From NCBI GenBank assembly GCA_965287045.1, contig OZ336898.1, positions 26,598,001-26,662,000 on the forward strand: a stretch of 64,000 nucleotides of DNA. Direction: 5' to 3'. A program made the position numbers and the translations under genes. Under the pieces are notes generated by a model. That model made no database searches and was not told where the DNA came from. It was given only the letters and a program-made list of their open reading frames with translations. Positions 21,654-34,237 of the stretch are shown here, piece by piece. Within the stretch, counting starts at the first letter, position 1, and each line of letters begins with the position of its first letter. This DNA is from Carcharhinus amblyrhynchos (Eukaryota).

Positions 21654-22607
21654 ATCTGAGTGATGGTCACTTAATATCAAAATGCAGTTGCACGTATGAT
21701 TATATCTCTATTATTTGTAAGTGTTTCTAAACCATCTATCTTATTGTAATGCATTTAGTCACATTGGCTGGAGCAGTGACAGATAAAACCTGAAGCCAAA
21801 ACAATAAAAACATGGTTCCAAAGTCCAACAAAGCCATCACTGAAAATGATTCTAACACTGTGCTAACTGAACCTTTACACTTCAAAACATTGTAACTGTT
21901 AGATCTAGATAGACCAAAATGCAATGGCACTTCTACTCATAAGCATTTAAAATAACTTAAAAAGCACCAAAGAAAGAGTTTAAGAATTGACAATTCTCAG
22001 AGGAATGTTCTGAATGGAACAACGCTACATATATATAGAATATAATTAAATAAGCATGACCTTTTCTCATTGTCACTTTGCAAAGGAGAGCAGCAAATGT
22101 GTTTGATCTTGTCGGAGGTTTTACAACTCTGGGTAATTGCTGTAACAAACTGCACTGAAACAGATGGGATAATATACCTATTTTTATTAAACGTAATGAG
22201 CAGCTTATAGAAATTTGTGGGTAGGCTCTTGAGCAAATGAATAAAGTTACTAGTTTTGCTCAGATTTATGTCATATCTGACAGAAGAAGCAGAGTTAGGA
22301 AGTGTAAAGCAGAATAAAAGGTTCTGAAATCAGTTGCTGTGTGGTGCCAAGACCCAGTGCAGCTTTATAAGGATGTAATCTTCCACAGGCCACACCTGGC
22401 ATGACATGAACAACATGGTTTGGGTACAGAAATTTCAAGCCCTCTAATGTTTCAAAAAAATTCAAGATACACTTGCTTTAAAAGAAGCTTTGAAAACTGG
22501 TTCATAGCAAACAATAGAAATCGGGTGAAAAAAAGAACACAGTGGCCTGGATTGGTTCTGTTGGATAGAGATTGTGGGCACTGATTGAACATAACTCCAT
22601 TATTGCT

Positions 22608-22876
22608 GGGGAAGCACAGTAGTTGGAACTGCTGCCTCACAATACCAGAGAACTAGGTTCAATTCCCCGATTGGGTCACTGTCAGTGTGGTCCATTCAAC
22701 CCATGTCTGTGTGGTGCTCCAGTTTCCTCCTGCAGTCCAAAAGACGTGCTAGTTAGGTGCATTGGCCATGCAGAATTTTCCTGAACAGGCACCTGTGTGT
22801 GGTCACTCGGGGATTTTCGCAGTAACTGCATTGCAGTGTTAATGTCAGCCCACTTGTGACACTAATAAATAAATTT
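22608..22876 (+). mobile_element. V-SINE tail-B subfamily
   Basis: Head plus tail B. Confidence 0.8.
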
Positions 22877-22974
22877 TAAATATCATGTGGCCATCAGGAC
22901 AGTCAAACAACAAACAAATGGACCTTGGTCTTTTATCATTACCTGATTATTATGATGTTGTGTGAATAAGCCCA

Positions 22975-23370
22975 TCCAAATATTTTGTGGATCTTCCTAA
23001 TTTTGCCCAACCAAATAATTTGCATTCGGAGTGCAATCTCTAGTGTAATGTCAGTAAGTTTGTGGGTAATGTGCACAGCAAGGTTCCACAAATGGCAATG
23101 AGGTATAATGATTGGATAATCTCCTCTTGGTTGAGGGATAAATGTTGAGAAGTTCATTTGGAGGATTCCCCTGCTTTTCATTGAATAATGCGATGAGATT
23201 ATTTAAGCACACTGGAACAGGTAGGCAGGGTCTTCATTTAACATCTCAATTCAAGATGATAACAGCAATGCAGCACCCCCTCAATGCTGCACTGACATTC
23301 ACTATAGGTTACATGCTCATGTTCTGCAATATGACTTTGTCCACAGCCACAGATTCAAATTACAACCTTC
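22975..23370 (-). mobile_element. DeuSINE (SacSINE1-like)
   Basis: GCACAGCAAGGTTCCACAAA..TTGGTTGAGGGATAAATGTTG..GCAGCACCCCCTCAATGCTGCACTG. Confidence 0.7.
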
Positions 23371-23603
23371 TGGTGAGCAATATCAAGTGAAGTTTTCTTA
23401 GGATTCATTTTACAGTTGTTCAGCAGCTGGCTTAGAGAAAGGCTCCATACACAGCTCCTTTTTATGTTATAGTTGACTTTTAGTCTCTTAGAGAAAAAGA
23501 ACCATATTCTAAATTGTCTTTTTTTTGATGTTGCAAGCAGTAGTCTCTGTTTGATCTAGGCTAAACAACCGGTGATGAAATTAAGGTTATTTTATATATA
23601 CTT

Positions 23604-23913
23604 GGGCACGGTGCGACATGGCAGGACAGTGGTTAGCACTGCTGCCTCACAGCATCAGGGACCAGGGTTCAATTCCTGGCTTGACTCACTGTTGGCGCAC
23701 AGCCTGCACATTCTCCCTGTTTCTGCATGGGTTTCCTCCAGGTGCTTTGGCTTCTACCCACAGTCCAAAAAAATGTGCTGGTTCAGTGTGTTGGCCATGC
23801 AAAATTTTCCTTCAGTGTACTGGAACAGACGCCGGAGTGTGGCGACTAGGGAATTTTCACAGTAACTTCACTGCAGTGTTAATGTATACCTACTTGTGAC
23901 ACGAATAAATAAA
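23604..23913 (+). mobile_element. V-SINE tail-B subfamily, full length
   Basis: Head, V-domain, tail ..TACTTGTGACACGAATAAATAAA. Confidence 0.88.
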
Positions 23914-24515
23914 ATAGAGTTCAGAGACAGAGCAATTTAAAAAGATCGAGCCATCGGCAACGTTACTCTGGAAATGTCAAATTTTGTGCTGAAGATCATG
24001 CTCCTTCCAATCACTCCGAACCTGCTGACACCACAAAAATAAAATTGCTTGAGGCAACATTTAAATAGGATGCATTAAAATAAATATGAAAAAGCCATGT
24101 CACATCATGCCACAATAGGATACGGGTTCTAATCACGGTTCAAGGCACAAGTTTCTGATCTTAATTTGACATTTTGCATTGCGCAGATACAATTATGCTA
24201 CAGGAAACTGTGGGGGGGAGGGGATAAATAACTCAAAATCAAGTCATCCATTTTCTCCTCATCAGCACCATCCCAGTAATGTCAAGTGGCTTTTACTAAG
24301 GCTTGGCCCATGAGGTTTAGGAAGTATGTGAGCGCCATAAACAAACCACACATTGACAGAGCTGCAATGTTCCTCTTCAGGGAAGCAAGCTTTATACCAA
24401 ACATTAACTTATTTGGCTATGTGAACCCAGGGACAATTTCCAGAACAAAAAAAAATCAACTTACATTCTTAGAAAAGCAAGGTACAATTTTCAGATATAG
24501 TTCGCTAAGGGCATT

Positions 24516-24912
24516 TTGATTTGACTTGATTTATTATTGTCACATGTATTAACATACAGTGAAAAGTATTGTGAACTATACAGACAAAGCATACCATTCA
24601 TAAAGAAGGAAAGGAGAGAGTGCAGAATGTTGTGCCATTGCTAGGCTGTAGAGAAAGATCAACTTAAGGCAAAATAGATCCATTCAAAAGTCTGATGGCA
24701 GCAGGAAAGAAGCTGTTCTTGAGTCAGTTGGTATATGTCCTCAAACTTTTCTGTTTTTTTACCAATGAAAAAAGGTGGAAGGGAGAATGTTTGGGGTGCG
24801 TGGGGTCCTTAATTATGCTGGTTGCTTTGCCGATGCAGTGGGAAGTGTAGACAGAGTCAATTGCTGGGAAGCTGGTTTGCAATGATGGGCTGGGCTTTGT
24901 TCAGAACCCTTT
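24516..24912 (-). mobile_element. Rex1/Babar-type LINE 3' end
   Basis: Reverse complement of 21250-21653. Confidence 0.85.
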
Positions 24913-25291
24913 GGTTTAAGGTGCACTTTCATGCATCAGTATGCATCGATGAACGAATAGATCAGTGCTCAGCAGCTTCTCAGTCCAAAATATGTTCATG
25001 TGAATGAATATCTGCATGGTCAAGCCTTCAAAGCTGGAAACATTCCCAATCTTGTCACTAGCACAACATGAATGTTAAGTGAGCTAAAACTCTACATCAC
25101 CTTATTGATTCCATCTTCCCAAAATATTCCCCTTCAGAGTGCGACCAATGATTTGACCAAGTCCCAAAGAAGTCATGGAGAGAGAGTAGAGCCAACGATC
25201 CTGACTCAAAATGTTGACTCTATTCTCTCTCCATAGATACTGTAAGACTTGCTGAGATCTCCCAGCTGTAATAACTCCAAGAGTGCTTTTT

Positions 25292-25609
25292 ATAGAATCA
25301 TAAAATCCCTGCAGTGCAGAAGGAGCATATTTGGCCCATCGAGCCTGCACCGACAGTAACCCCACCCAGGCCCTATCCCAGTAACTCCACATATTTACCC
25401 TTCTAATGCCCCTAACACTAAGGGACAATTTAGCATAGCCAGTCAACCTAACCCACACATCCTTGGAATGTGGAGAAAACCGTAGCACCTGGAGGAAACT
25501 CACGCAGAACAGGGAGAACGTGCAAACTCCACACAGACAATCACCCAAGGCTGAAATTTAACTCAGTCCCTGGTACTGTAAGGCAGCCATGCTAACCACT
25601 GTGCCACCC
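25292..25609 (-). mobile_element. HE1 SINE, full length
   Basis: TAGAATCATA.. tail to ACCACTGTGCCACC head. Confidence 0.88.
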
Positions 25610-25792
25610 CAAATGCACAAAATGAAAATAAACAATAACAATAACCAGATTCATGGGCCCGCTCAAGGTCTTGCTTTATATAGGGCTCATAATACGAGCT
25701 CCATCCAGTTGCCTCATTACCAATCTCCAAGGATTTCATATTCAATAAGCCCCAATGGGAGTGATGCCCCATGCAGATCATGGGGGTTATCA

Positions 25793-25937
25793 AACCAGCA
25801 TTTTCTAATTTTAGCTCAGATTCCAGCATCCACAGTATTTTGCTTTCATCCCAAGTAGTCACATTGGACTCAAAACTTCAATTCTGTTTTTCTCTCTCCC
25901 CAGATGCTGCTGAGATTTTCCAGCAGTTTCTATTTTT
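25793..25937 (+). mobile_element. Penelope-like pseudo-LTR fragments (also 25195-25265)
   Basis: CAGATTCCAGCATC..GGACTCAAAAC..CAGATGCTGCTGAGATTTTCCAGC. Confidence 0.55.
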
Positions 25938-26989
25938 AATTATACATGATATGATCCATTCATGCAACAAGAAATCATGAATAGTTTGGTATGTAAGATC
26001 TGTACACGATAATTTCTGGCCCAAGATAACCATTCCGAAAGATAAAGCTCTCAGCAATTTATAGTGGTACAACATTGACAGATTCAGATGCATGTAAAAG
26101 CATTGATTAATCTTGATAATCGCTTCTGAGAACAGCATTCCAGACGTTTTCCTCAGAGACGAATGCCTTATTGACTGAGGCGCATTCGCAGGCTGTCCGT
26201 GTGACTGAACCAAACAGCAAATGGAAAACTATGTGGATTCAGAAGGAAGCAAAGGAGATAAAGGCAGTCACTTATTGTTCATCAGGCTGCATTGTTTCAC
26301 CTTCACATCTTCTGTTTCACACTGCTCGATTTCAGCCAATGATTTTGTCATGAGAAAGATTTTACATGCACCCCACACACACATCCACAACATAAGTAAC
26401 ATTTGTGTGCAGTGAGCTATTCCAAGCACTCGTCAGGCTTACTTAATGATTTAACGATTATGACACACCACAATCCGCCAGCTTTTGGGGAAATGCAAAA
26501 CTGTTTGTGTTAGGATTCACTTTGAAAAGGTCCGTTTGCAAGTACCACTTAAGCTAAAAAAATTTATGTACTAAAGTTATTAAAAATAGCTCACTGTTAA
26601 ATGCTATTAGTGTCCATTATGCTGTCATTAGTAAGAATGACAAGTGATCGACTATTTGCGCAATTAAATTCCTGACAATTGCCACGATAAAAATACAAGT
26701 TGGCACTTCTCAAGTCTCTTTAATGGTGGAAGCTTACTAACAGGCTTCACAGAAATGCAAGGAAAACAGATTCGGCACCATTGGAAGAAAGACAAGGAAA
26801 AGGTGACCAAAACCATGCTTAAAGAGCTTGGATTTCAGATGGATGATAGGGAGGATGGAAGCCAGAGTCAGTGACAAGAGGCCAGTATTTGTTGCAGAGC
26901 ATTGGAAGGATGATCACAGGTACAGGGGAAGGGGAAGGCTTCATTGTGGGGCTTGGTGGGGAGCATTCCTACTACTGCTAGCCCACAAG

Positions 26990-27277
26990 AAGTTTAAGTT
27001 TATTTTATTCGTGTCACAAGTAGGCTTACATTACCACTGCAATGATGATGCCGTGAAAATCCCCCGAGTTGCCACGCTCTGGCACCTGTTCGGGTACACT
27101 GAGGGAGAATTTAGCATAGCCAATGTACCTAACCAGCACGCCTTTCAGGCTGTGGGAGGAAACCCACGCAGATACAGGGACAAAGTGCAGACTCTGCACA
27201 GACAGTGGCAGAAATCAAACCCAGGGCTCTGGCACTGCGAGGCAGCAATACTAATCACTATGCCACTGCGTCATCCC
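26990..27277 (-). mobile_element. V-SINE tail-B subfamily
   Basis: Reverse complement of tail B and head. Confidence 0.85.
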
Positions 27278-27519
27278 ACAAGTGCCAAAATAATCACCAT
27301 TCTTGGAGATTCAGCAGCACCTGCCTCGGATCAGCTGCTGAACAAATGCCATACTTGGAACCTTCTCCTCCTACCATATCTTTTCAATCTCTGGATCAAT
27401 TAGGTCATCAGGCTATGATTTTGGAATGTTAATCAGACCTTGCTTGCCTTTTGTCAGAGCCTCAATCATAGTTTGTTACTGCCTTTTAAAAAGGGGGAAG
27501 AATGGAGCTGAGCTGCCTG

Positions 27520-28530
27520 ACCTTAATGTATTTGGGTTAAAATTCAAGTTGTCTTTACTTTTAACTGCTGCCATTGAAATCAGCTCTTGCCACAAACTCT
27601 GCTCACCAGCCACCGTCTCTAACTCCCTCCCCCGGAAACTGTCTGAGGCTAAACCAGGCTGTTCACAACCTTAATGTCAGAATTGACTCAAAGACAAGCT
27701 CCTAATCATGCATTTACATCAACTGGTTAATTTCTACATTCACAACTATGGCCATCTCCAATCCCACTGGCTCATCTGCTACTGAAACCATCTCATTTTA
27801 TGAACTTGACTATTCTAACAGATTCCTCAATGGTCAAGCTCCCAACTTTTTGCTCCTCCATGGGACTGTGGGCATTGCTGACAAGGCCAGCAATTGTTGT
27901 CCATCCCTAACTGCCCTTGAGCTGAATGGCTTGCAATGCCATTTCAGAGGGAGGATCAAGAGTCAACCACGCTGCTGCGTGCCTTGAATCATGTCGTCCA
28001 GACCAGGGCAAGGATGGCAGGTTTCCTAAAGGGAATCGTGGGTTTACACAATAATCGGCAATGGTTTTGTGGTCACCATTATAGAGGCCAGCTTTTCAAT
28101 TCCCAATCATTATTTTAATTCAAATTCCACCAGCTGCCATGGTGGGATCTGAACCCTTGTTCCTGCACCCCGCCTAGCCTTCTGGGTTCATAGTACATTG
28201 ACAATACCACAACACCACCCTCGATTAACTTGACGTCAATTAAAACTCTGCTGACCATATATGCTTGCAACAAGTCCAATTCACCCTCCCCCTGTGTTTG
28301 ACCTACATTGACACCTGGTTAATCAAAATTAAAATTCTCGTTCTGAAACATTTTTAAAAGTCTCCATGACTTTACTGGCAGCTGTGTTCTCCGTCTCTGC
28401 AAATTTCCTCCCTAAACCCCTCCACCTTTGTTTCCCTTGAGGATGGTCTTTAAAACATTTGGCCATGTGACTGAATATTGCTTTCTGTGGTTCACTGTCA
28501 AACTTTGTTTGAAAACCCTCCTAGGAAGCC
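27520..28530 (+). mobile_element. Old L2-type LINE 3' region, split by SINE
   Basis: SATET..LDYSN-like motif (TCTGCTACTGAAACC..CTTGACTATTCTAAC); TTTAAAATTCTC-like and CCTCCCTAAACCCCTCC 3' motifs. Confidence 0.55.
27855..28215 (-). mobile_element. tRNA-derived SINE related to 172-1265
   Basis: AAATTCCACCAGCTGCCATGGTGGGATCTGAACCC B-box region; tail CCATCCCTAACTGCCCTTGA. Confidence 0.65.
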
Positions 28531-28714
28531 CATTGGGCAATTAAGGCATGGATGGCATCCATACAGTATGGTATTGCTTGAAGAAGCTTGTGGAGTGAAT
28601 CCTGGTTTGCAAACTTGCTATCTAACACCACCTACTGAACAGACTAATCCAGAGGGAACTTCTTCAAGTAGATTTTACAATCACACAAAATGTTTCCATT
28701 CACTGCGGAAGGAC

Positions 28715-29666
28715 TGTGGACAAATGAGCCACCTAAGTTTACAAGAGCATGCTGGGATAATTGGATAAGTACAGAAACAGACAGGCTACAGCCTCAAAAG
28801 AAATTGAACAGAGATAAACAGGTTGCAGCTGCAGGAGCTGGAATACAGTAAGAAGTCTCACAATGCCAGGTTAAAGTCCAACAGGTTTATTTGGTAGCAA
28901 ACACCACTAGCAAATAAACCTGTTGGACTTTAACCTGGCGTTGTGAGACTTCTTATTGTGTTTACCCTAGTCCAACGCCAGCATCTCCACATCAGGAGCT
29001 GGAATACACAGAATATTGGCCATCTCAAGGATAAAGGACACTTTCTGGTCAAACCAGTTTGTTTACCAGACACAGGGGCATCTTAATCCCTTATTTGGGA
29101 GGGAGGTATGTGACCCACGTGCCTCCAGCACCTACAGACATGGTCATTAGGTGTACACCCAGAGATCGGTGTGGCAGCACCTGATTGGACTCTATTGATC
29201 AGGGTGATCAATCCCTGATTGATTGATTGGCAACAATCAAGAGACCACCCAAAAGAGCGCAAAATCAATGAGATATAAAAGGTGCTGCACAACAGAAGTA
29301 TCTCTCTCTCTCTCTCTCAATGAACAAATGACAACAACGGTGACCACTGCCAGCAACAATCAGCATAAGAAGAGCCACCACAACCAAGGAAGGAAGGAAG
29401 ACCACAGCCAGAATATCAGAGCAGACCAAAGGATTAGACTATGCCAAGGACTACTGAGACCAACACGTGGATAAAGGCTAATATCTGCCTGGGTACTTGC
29501 CAGTCACGCAAAAATTAAGGTCTAGTATTGGACTTGAATTTTGGTATTCTGTAAGATAGCTTAGTATTGATTGAGTGGGTGCTTAATAATTGTGTGTGAA
29601 TGAGTATTACTGTACTAATGAGAAGTCTACTTGCAATTCTTTGTCCAAAGTACAAGGGTTAAAACA
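28715..29666 (+). mobile_element. Possible ERV-like solo LTR
   Basis: TG..CA boundaries, CCAAT-like ATTGG repeats, TATAAAA at ~29274 followed by (TC)n; no clean TSD. Confidence 0.35.
28848..28992. mobile_element. Fold-back Penelope-like mini-insertion
   Basis: ~45-bp near-perfect inverted repeat; flanking duplication CAGGAGCTGGAATACA (28832-47/28993-29008). Confidence 0.75.
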
Positions 29667-29864
29667 GACTGTGCAGCAGGCACAACAGGACAAAAACCTA
29701 TACTTCTATATTGTTCAAACCAGAATAAATTACTGCACGTGAATATCAGAATTCAATTCAACACTTCACAATTATATTAGGATCAATTCAGAATAACTCA
29801 AATCAGATTAATATTCTTTCAAAGCAAATGTGTGAACTTTTCGAATCCTTAAACAGAAAGACTT

Positions 29865-30297
29865 TTCACTTAAATAGCACCTCTCATGGCTTCAGGATGT
29901 CTGTCTGTCTCTTCGTGAAGTGTTGTCATTGTTATAATTTAGGAAACGTGGCTGAAAATATGCATACATCAAGATTTCAGAAACAGCAAAGTCAGATAAT
30001 CAGCTTTTGTTTTGGTGACTGGTATAAATGTTGGCTAGGGTGCCAGTGATAATTCCCTGACTCTTTTCTGAAAGAGTGTAATGGGATTGTTTATATTCAC
30101 TGGAGGGGGAGGGGCGAGCAGCAGAGGAGGCCTTAGTTAATGACCCTCCCAAAAGATGTTGGCACAGACAGTGCAACCCTCCCTCAGCGTGGCACTGGAG
30201 TGCCAACCAAGATTTTTGTATTCAAGTCAGAGAACAGGACACCACAAGCATTCACACCCAGAAGCATGATTGTTGCCAACTGAGCTGCAGCTGACAC
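29865..30297 (-). mobile_element. DeuSINE (SacSINE1-like), near full length
   Basis: TAGGAAACGTGGC..CAGATAATC..ACAGTGCAACCCTCCCTCAG..CACTGGAGTG..AACTGAGCTGCAGCTGAC. Confidence 0.7.
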
Positions 30298-31405
30298 CAT
30301 GGATTGGATTTTCATGGAGTCAGGGAGATTCCTTGGAAGAATAAAAATGGCACCCGAGATTAGATTCCTCGCCCCGTTCTTGGAGTTTCTGATTTTCAGC
30401 AGAGACTTTTCAGCTGCAAGTTGGTTTAGGTCATGAGCTGGCACCCTGCCAACTTTTCCAGTTCCATTTTGGGGACAGGCGAGCCCTCGTCCCCCAAACT
30501 TTTCATGGGCCAGCTTTTCAAAGAGCCATGGTTCACTGAACCTCAGAGGTGTCGTCAACTAGGCTCAGGCTGAGGGATCATTTTGAGAGGTAAGTTCAAA
30601 AGTTTCTCCTCATGCTCCAGACGCTACTAAAGGCCCTCCCATCCATTCTGTTTGGCCCCTCATACAAAACCATGGCACTTACATGCCTATTCACCCAATA
30701 GACACTGGATAGAAGCAACAAATCATATAGTGATAACAGGACATATGAAGTGGTTTTTAAAACAGCCGTTCATTGATCGATATGGAGTTTCTACTGTCAC
30801 TGTAAGTGAAATAATTCCTCAGAGGCCGGTGTCCCTACCTCAGATTTCCTTTATTCACAAACTCAATTCCATCCCTGAGAATGCTTCTGGTACAAAGTCA
30901 GAAACCAGAGTGGCAGTAGCCTTGACACTTGTCAATTTATACAGGTGAGACTCCTTGATTGGGCAGGCAATCATAACCTCAATCAGGGAGCTCATACTCC
31001 AAGAGGCCATTGTCATGGGCCTCGTTGATGTCATTACAGTAACATTCATTGGTTCTATACAGTGCCTAATGGTAAATGGACCTAAAGTGCCATAGCATGG
31101 CAGGAGGGACCTTAAGAGGAGGGTAAGGTGCATACCTTGGCATGGTGGAATGAGCAGTCATAGTGTGACATGAGATGCCATGGACAGGGTATGGGGAATG
31201 CATGCAGTGTTAGGGCACGTGAGGACTAGAATGTCTTATTCTTTTCAGTACGACTCAAACAAAGTCCCAGAGCACCGAGGTGAGTCTTTCAAACATCCAA
31301 CCTCAACACCTCACAGTCCTGACTGCTGCTTCCAAACTGTTTCATGGACCTGTTGGCTAGACTGCATCCCACCCCTACACCCCCACAATGGAAATCCCAG
31401 CTCTG
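30298..31405. mobile_element. Probable non-autonomous Harbinger-like DNA element
   Basis: Starts GGATTGGATTTTC like MITE termini; GC-richer than flanks; right end uncertain. Confidence 0.35.
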
Positions 31406-32475
31406 CAGGCATTCTCTCCTGACGCAGGCAAGCTAAGCTAGGAGGTTTCCTAGATGGTTAATATTAATATTAAATATTACTCGCAGCAAACTCATCTACT
31501 GATGCAATATATCTGAATCCACATTATCAGGCATCAGTGAATCATTATCCCCAATATTGCACAGGCTAATAATACAAAAGCATTTTAAACATTCCATGTG
31601 CCATTACCCAACAGTAAACGAGAGTGCTCGCCTTCAGACTTCAAGTTATTTCAGTCAACGCAGAACCAAAGCTAATGGAATTCCAATGGCACAAAATACA
31701 TTATTTTCGTTAACATCTCTAAGCATCTTACAACCTACAAAATCCAGACGTACATCTGCATTCACTCCCACTGGACTTGATATATGTCAATTGCAGAATG
31801 GCAGGTCACATGCTGGGAATTCCTCCTTATCTTCTGAACACAGCTTCAAACCAAGGTTGATTCAAAAAGGAAAATTAAATGAAAATAGAAGCCACTGTGC
31901 AGTGGCAATCCCACAAGGATGTTGAATGAAATAGTTTATTAAAATGTTCATTAAAACTATTCAGAGGCTATTCAGCGTATGAGCTTGGTCTACAGTATGT
32001 AGGTAAGATAACTTGGAGATCAATTCCCCCCATAACCTCAACAACCTTTCTCTATTAATTTTGGTGATTTATCTACCTTGACCATGCACTAACATTGTGC
32101 TTTACTAATTGAGTACCAAGTCTGGTTTTATTGCTTTCGCAAAATTGTATTGCTGAGGACATCAAGGGTATTGTATTCATATCAAAAAACACAAGGTTAA
32201 GTAGTGTAAGGATCACATATTTCAAGTTTTAACGTGATTCTAATTTGTGTAGCCTCTTTGGGTTCACCTATTGCTCTTGTCTCGCCTTCAGTCTCAGTTG
32301 GGCTATGGTATGATCATAATTTGAAGAGGGGTTTTCAAAATTAATTCTCTTAGAACCTTCAACAGAGAAGATCAGGCAAGAGGCTAAATGAGAAAAGAGT
32401 TTCAGCTCAGCTTTCTAAATCCGGAATTGTTTGCACAATAGGATGAATAGAAAATGTAGGTGCACTTGTATTCAA

Positions 32476-32750
32476 ACTGAGGTACACACACGGACCACAC
32501 AGGAGCTGACACTGATATACACATGGACCACACAGGAGCTGACACTGAGGCAAAGACGGACCATACAGGAATTGACACTGACACACGCATAGGGATGCTA
32601 CAAGGACTGACACTGAGACACACATGGACCATACAGGAGCTGACACTAAGGCACAGACGGACCATACAGGAGCTGACATTGAGACACACATGGACCGTAA
32701 AGGAACTGATACTGAAACACACACACGGACCATATAGGAAATGACACGGA
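32476..32750. repeat. Minisatellite, ~32-bp unit, 8-9 copies
   Basis: Unit ~ACACA(T/C)GGACCATACAGGAGCTGACACTGAG. Confidence 0.9.
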
Positions 32751-33314
32751 CTGAAAAGGAACAGATGTTAGACTATCTACAAAACTGCAGTCTCCTTCAT
32801 TCATCACAGATTTGCAAGAAGGAATTGTCCATTATTCCCTTGGGAATCACTTTGGGGCAATGGGAATTCAGGATAAAGACATGAACAAAAATCACTAGCA
32901 GACACTGCTCTTTAACAAATTTGTTTTTGGCATAATGGTGAAGTATTATTCTTCATCATGAATCACTTAATATCCTCAATTGCCAGATCAAATGATGATA
33001 ATATTTTGTACAAAAACATTTAATTACTTGCCAAGTGAAAGGAGAGAAGCCCATTACCTAAGAGCTACCATGGGACAGCACAACAATCCATTACCAGCCA
33101 AGTTTACAACACCCTTTAGAACCCTATGTTACAACACTAATGAAATACTCAACAAAAGAGGTATCATCACATCACTAGCAAATGGTTTGATTGAACCAAA
33201 AACATTTATAGTACTCACAAGATGGCCATTGAAATCAACTGAAAATTCTGCTATCTGCTCCCCTCATGGTTATGAGTTAACGCACCCATCGTTATGATCA
33301 AAGTCCCTTAATGC

Positions 33315-34237
33315 AGTGATGGTTTATCAGGCTGACTCCTGGAATGGCAGGAATGCCATACGAGGAGAGATTAAATTGGTTAGCATTATATTCATTAGAG
33401 TTTAAAAAGAGTGAGAAAGGATCTGATCTCACAGAAATTTGTAAAATGTGAACAGGATTAGAGTCATAGGCTGAATGGCATTCTCCATCGGCCTCGGGCG
33501 GGATCTTACAAGCCTTGGGTGGGCGAGGTGGTAAAATTCCAGCCACAGAGTCATAGAGGTTTACAGCATCAGACCCTTCAGCCCAACGCGTCCACGCTGC
33601 CCAGTTTTCACCATTAAGCTAGTCCCAATTGCCCATGTTTGGCCCATATTCCTCTATATCAATCTTACCCATGTAACTGTCTAAATGATTTTTAAAAGAC
33701 AAAATTGTACCTGCCTCCACTACTATTTCAGGCAGCTCATTCCAGGCACTCAACACCCTTTCCATGGAAAAGTTGTCCCTCTGAGTCCTTTCGCATCTCT
33801 TCTTCTCACCTCAAACCTTCTAGTTTGAGACTCCCCTATCTTTGGGAAAAGATGTTGACTGCTCATTATGTGACAGACCTCTATAAGATCACCCCTTAGA
33901 CAGATCAGATGCAGAAAGAATGTTCCCGAAGGTGAGGGTGTCCAGAACAAGGGGTCATAGTTTGAGGATGAGGGGTAAACCTTTTGGGACAGAGGTGAGG
34001 AGGAGTTTTTTCACCAGAGGGTGATGAGTCTATGGAATTCATTACCACAGAAAGCAGTTGAAGCTAAAACATTGGGTAAATTCAAGAAAAAATTAGATTT
34101 GGTTTTCAGGGCTAAAGAGATCAAAGGGATATGGGGGGAAAGAGAGAATCAGAATATTGAATTTGATGATCAGCCATAAAGATAATGAATGGCAGAGCAA
34201 GCTTGAAGGGCCTGCTTCTATTTTCTATGTTTCTATA
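33315..34237 (+). mobile_element. CR1 3' end (host; interrupted 33463-33895)
   Basis: YEERLNWLALYSLEF before, AERMFPKVRVSRTRGH..FFT after; TTTCTATG tail. Confidence 0.8.
33546..33895 (-). mobile_element. CR1 3' end nested in opposite orientation
   Basis: Reverse complement of 4170-4563 family; its CTCTATGA tail is split by MITE 33469-33545. Confidence 0.8.

Noticed and set aside
22086-22132. 47-nt candidate exon (EQQMCLILSEVLQLW)
   Set aside because: Rare AAG acceptor and unrecognised peptide
26828-27403. 191-aa ORF
   Set aside because: Reads through an antisense V-SINE; not a gene
30855-31133. Possible Harbinger transposase fragment (VKATATL..F)
   Set aside because: Similarity too weak; no catalytic DDE motifs visible
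32402-32744. Repetitive ORFs / CRISPR-like periodicity
   Set aside because: Minisatellite without unique spacers, in a vertebrate genome
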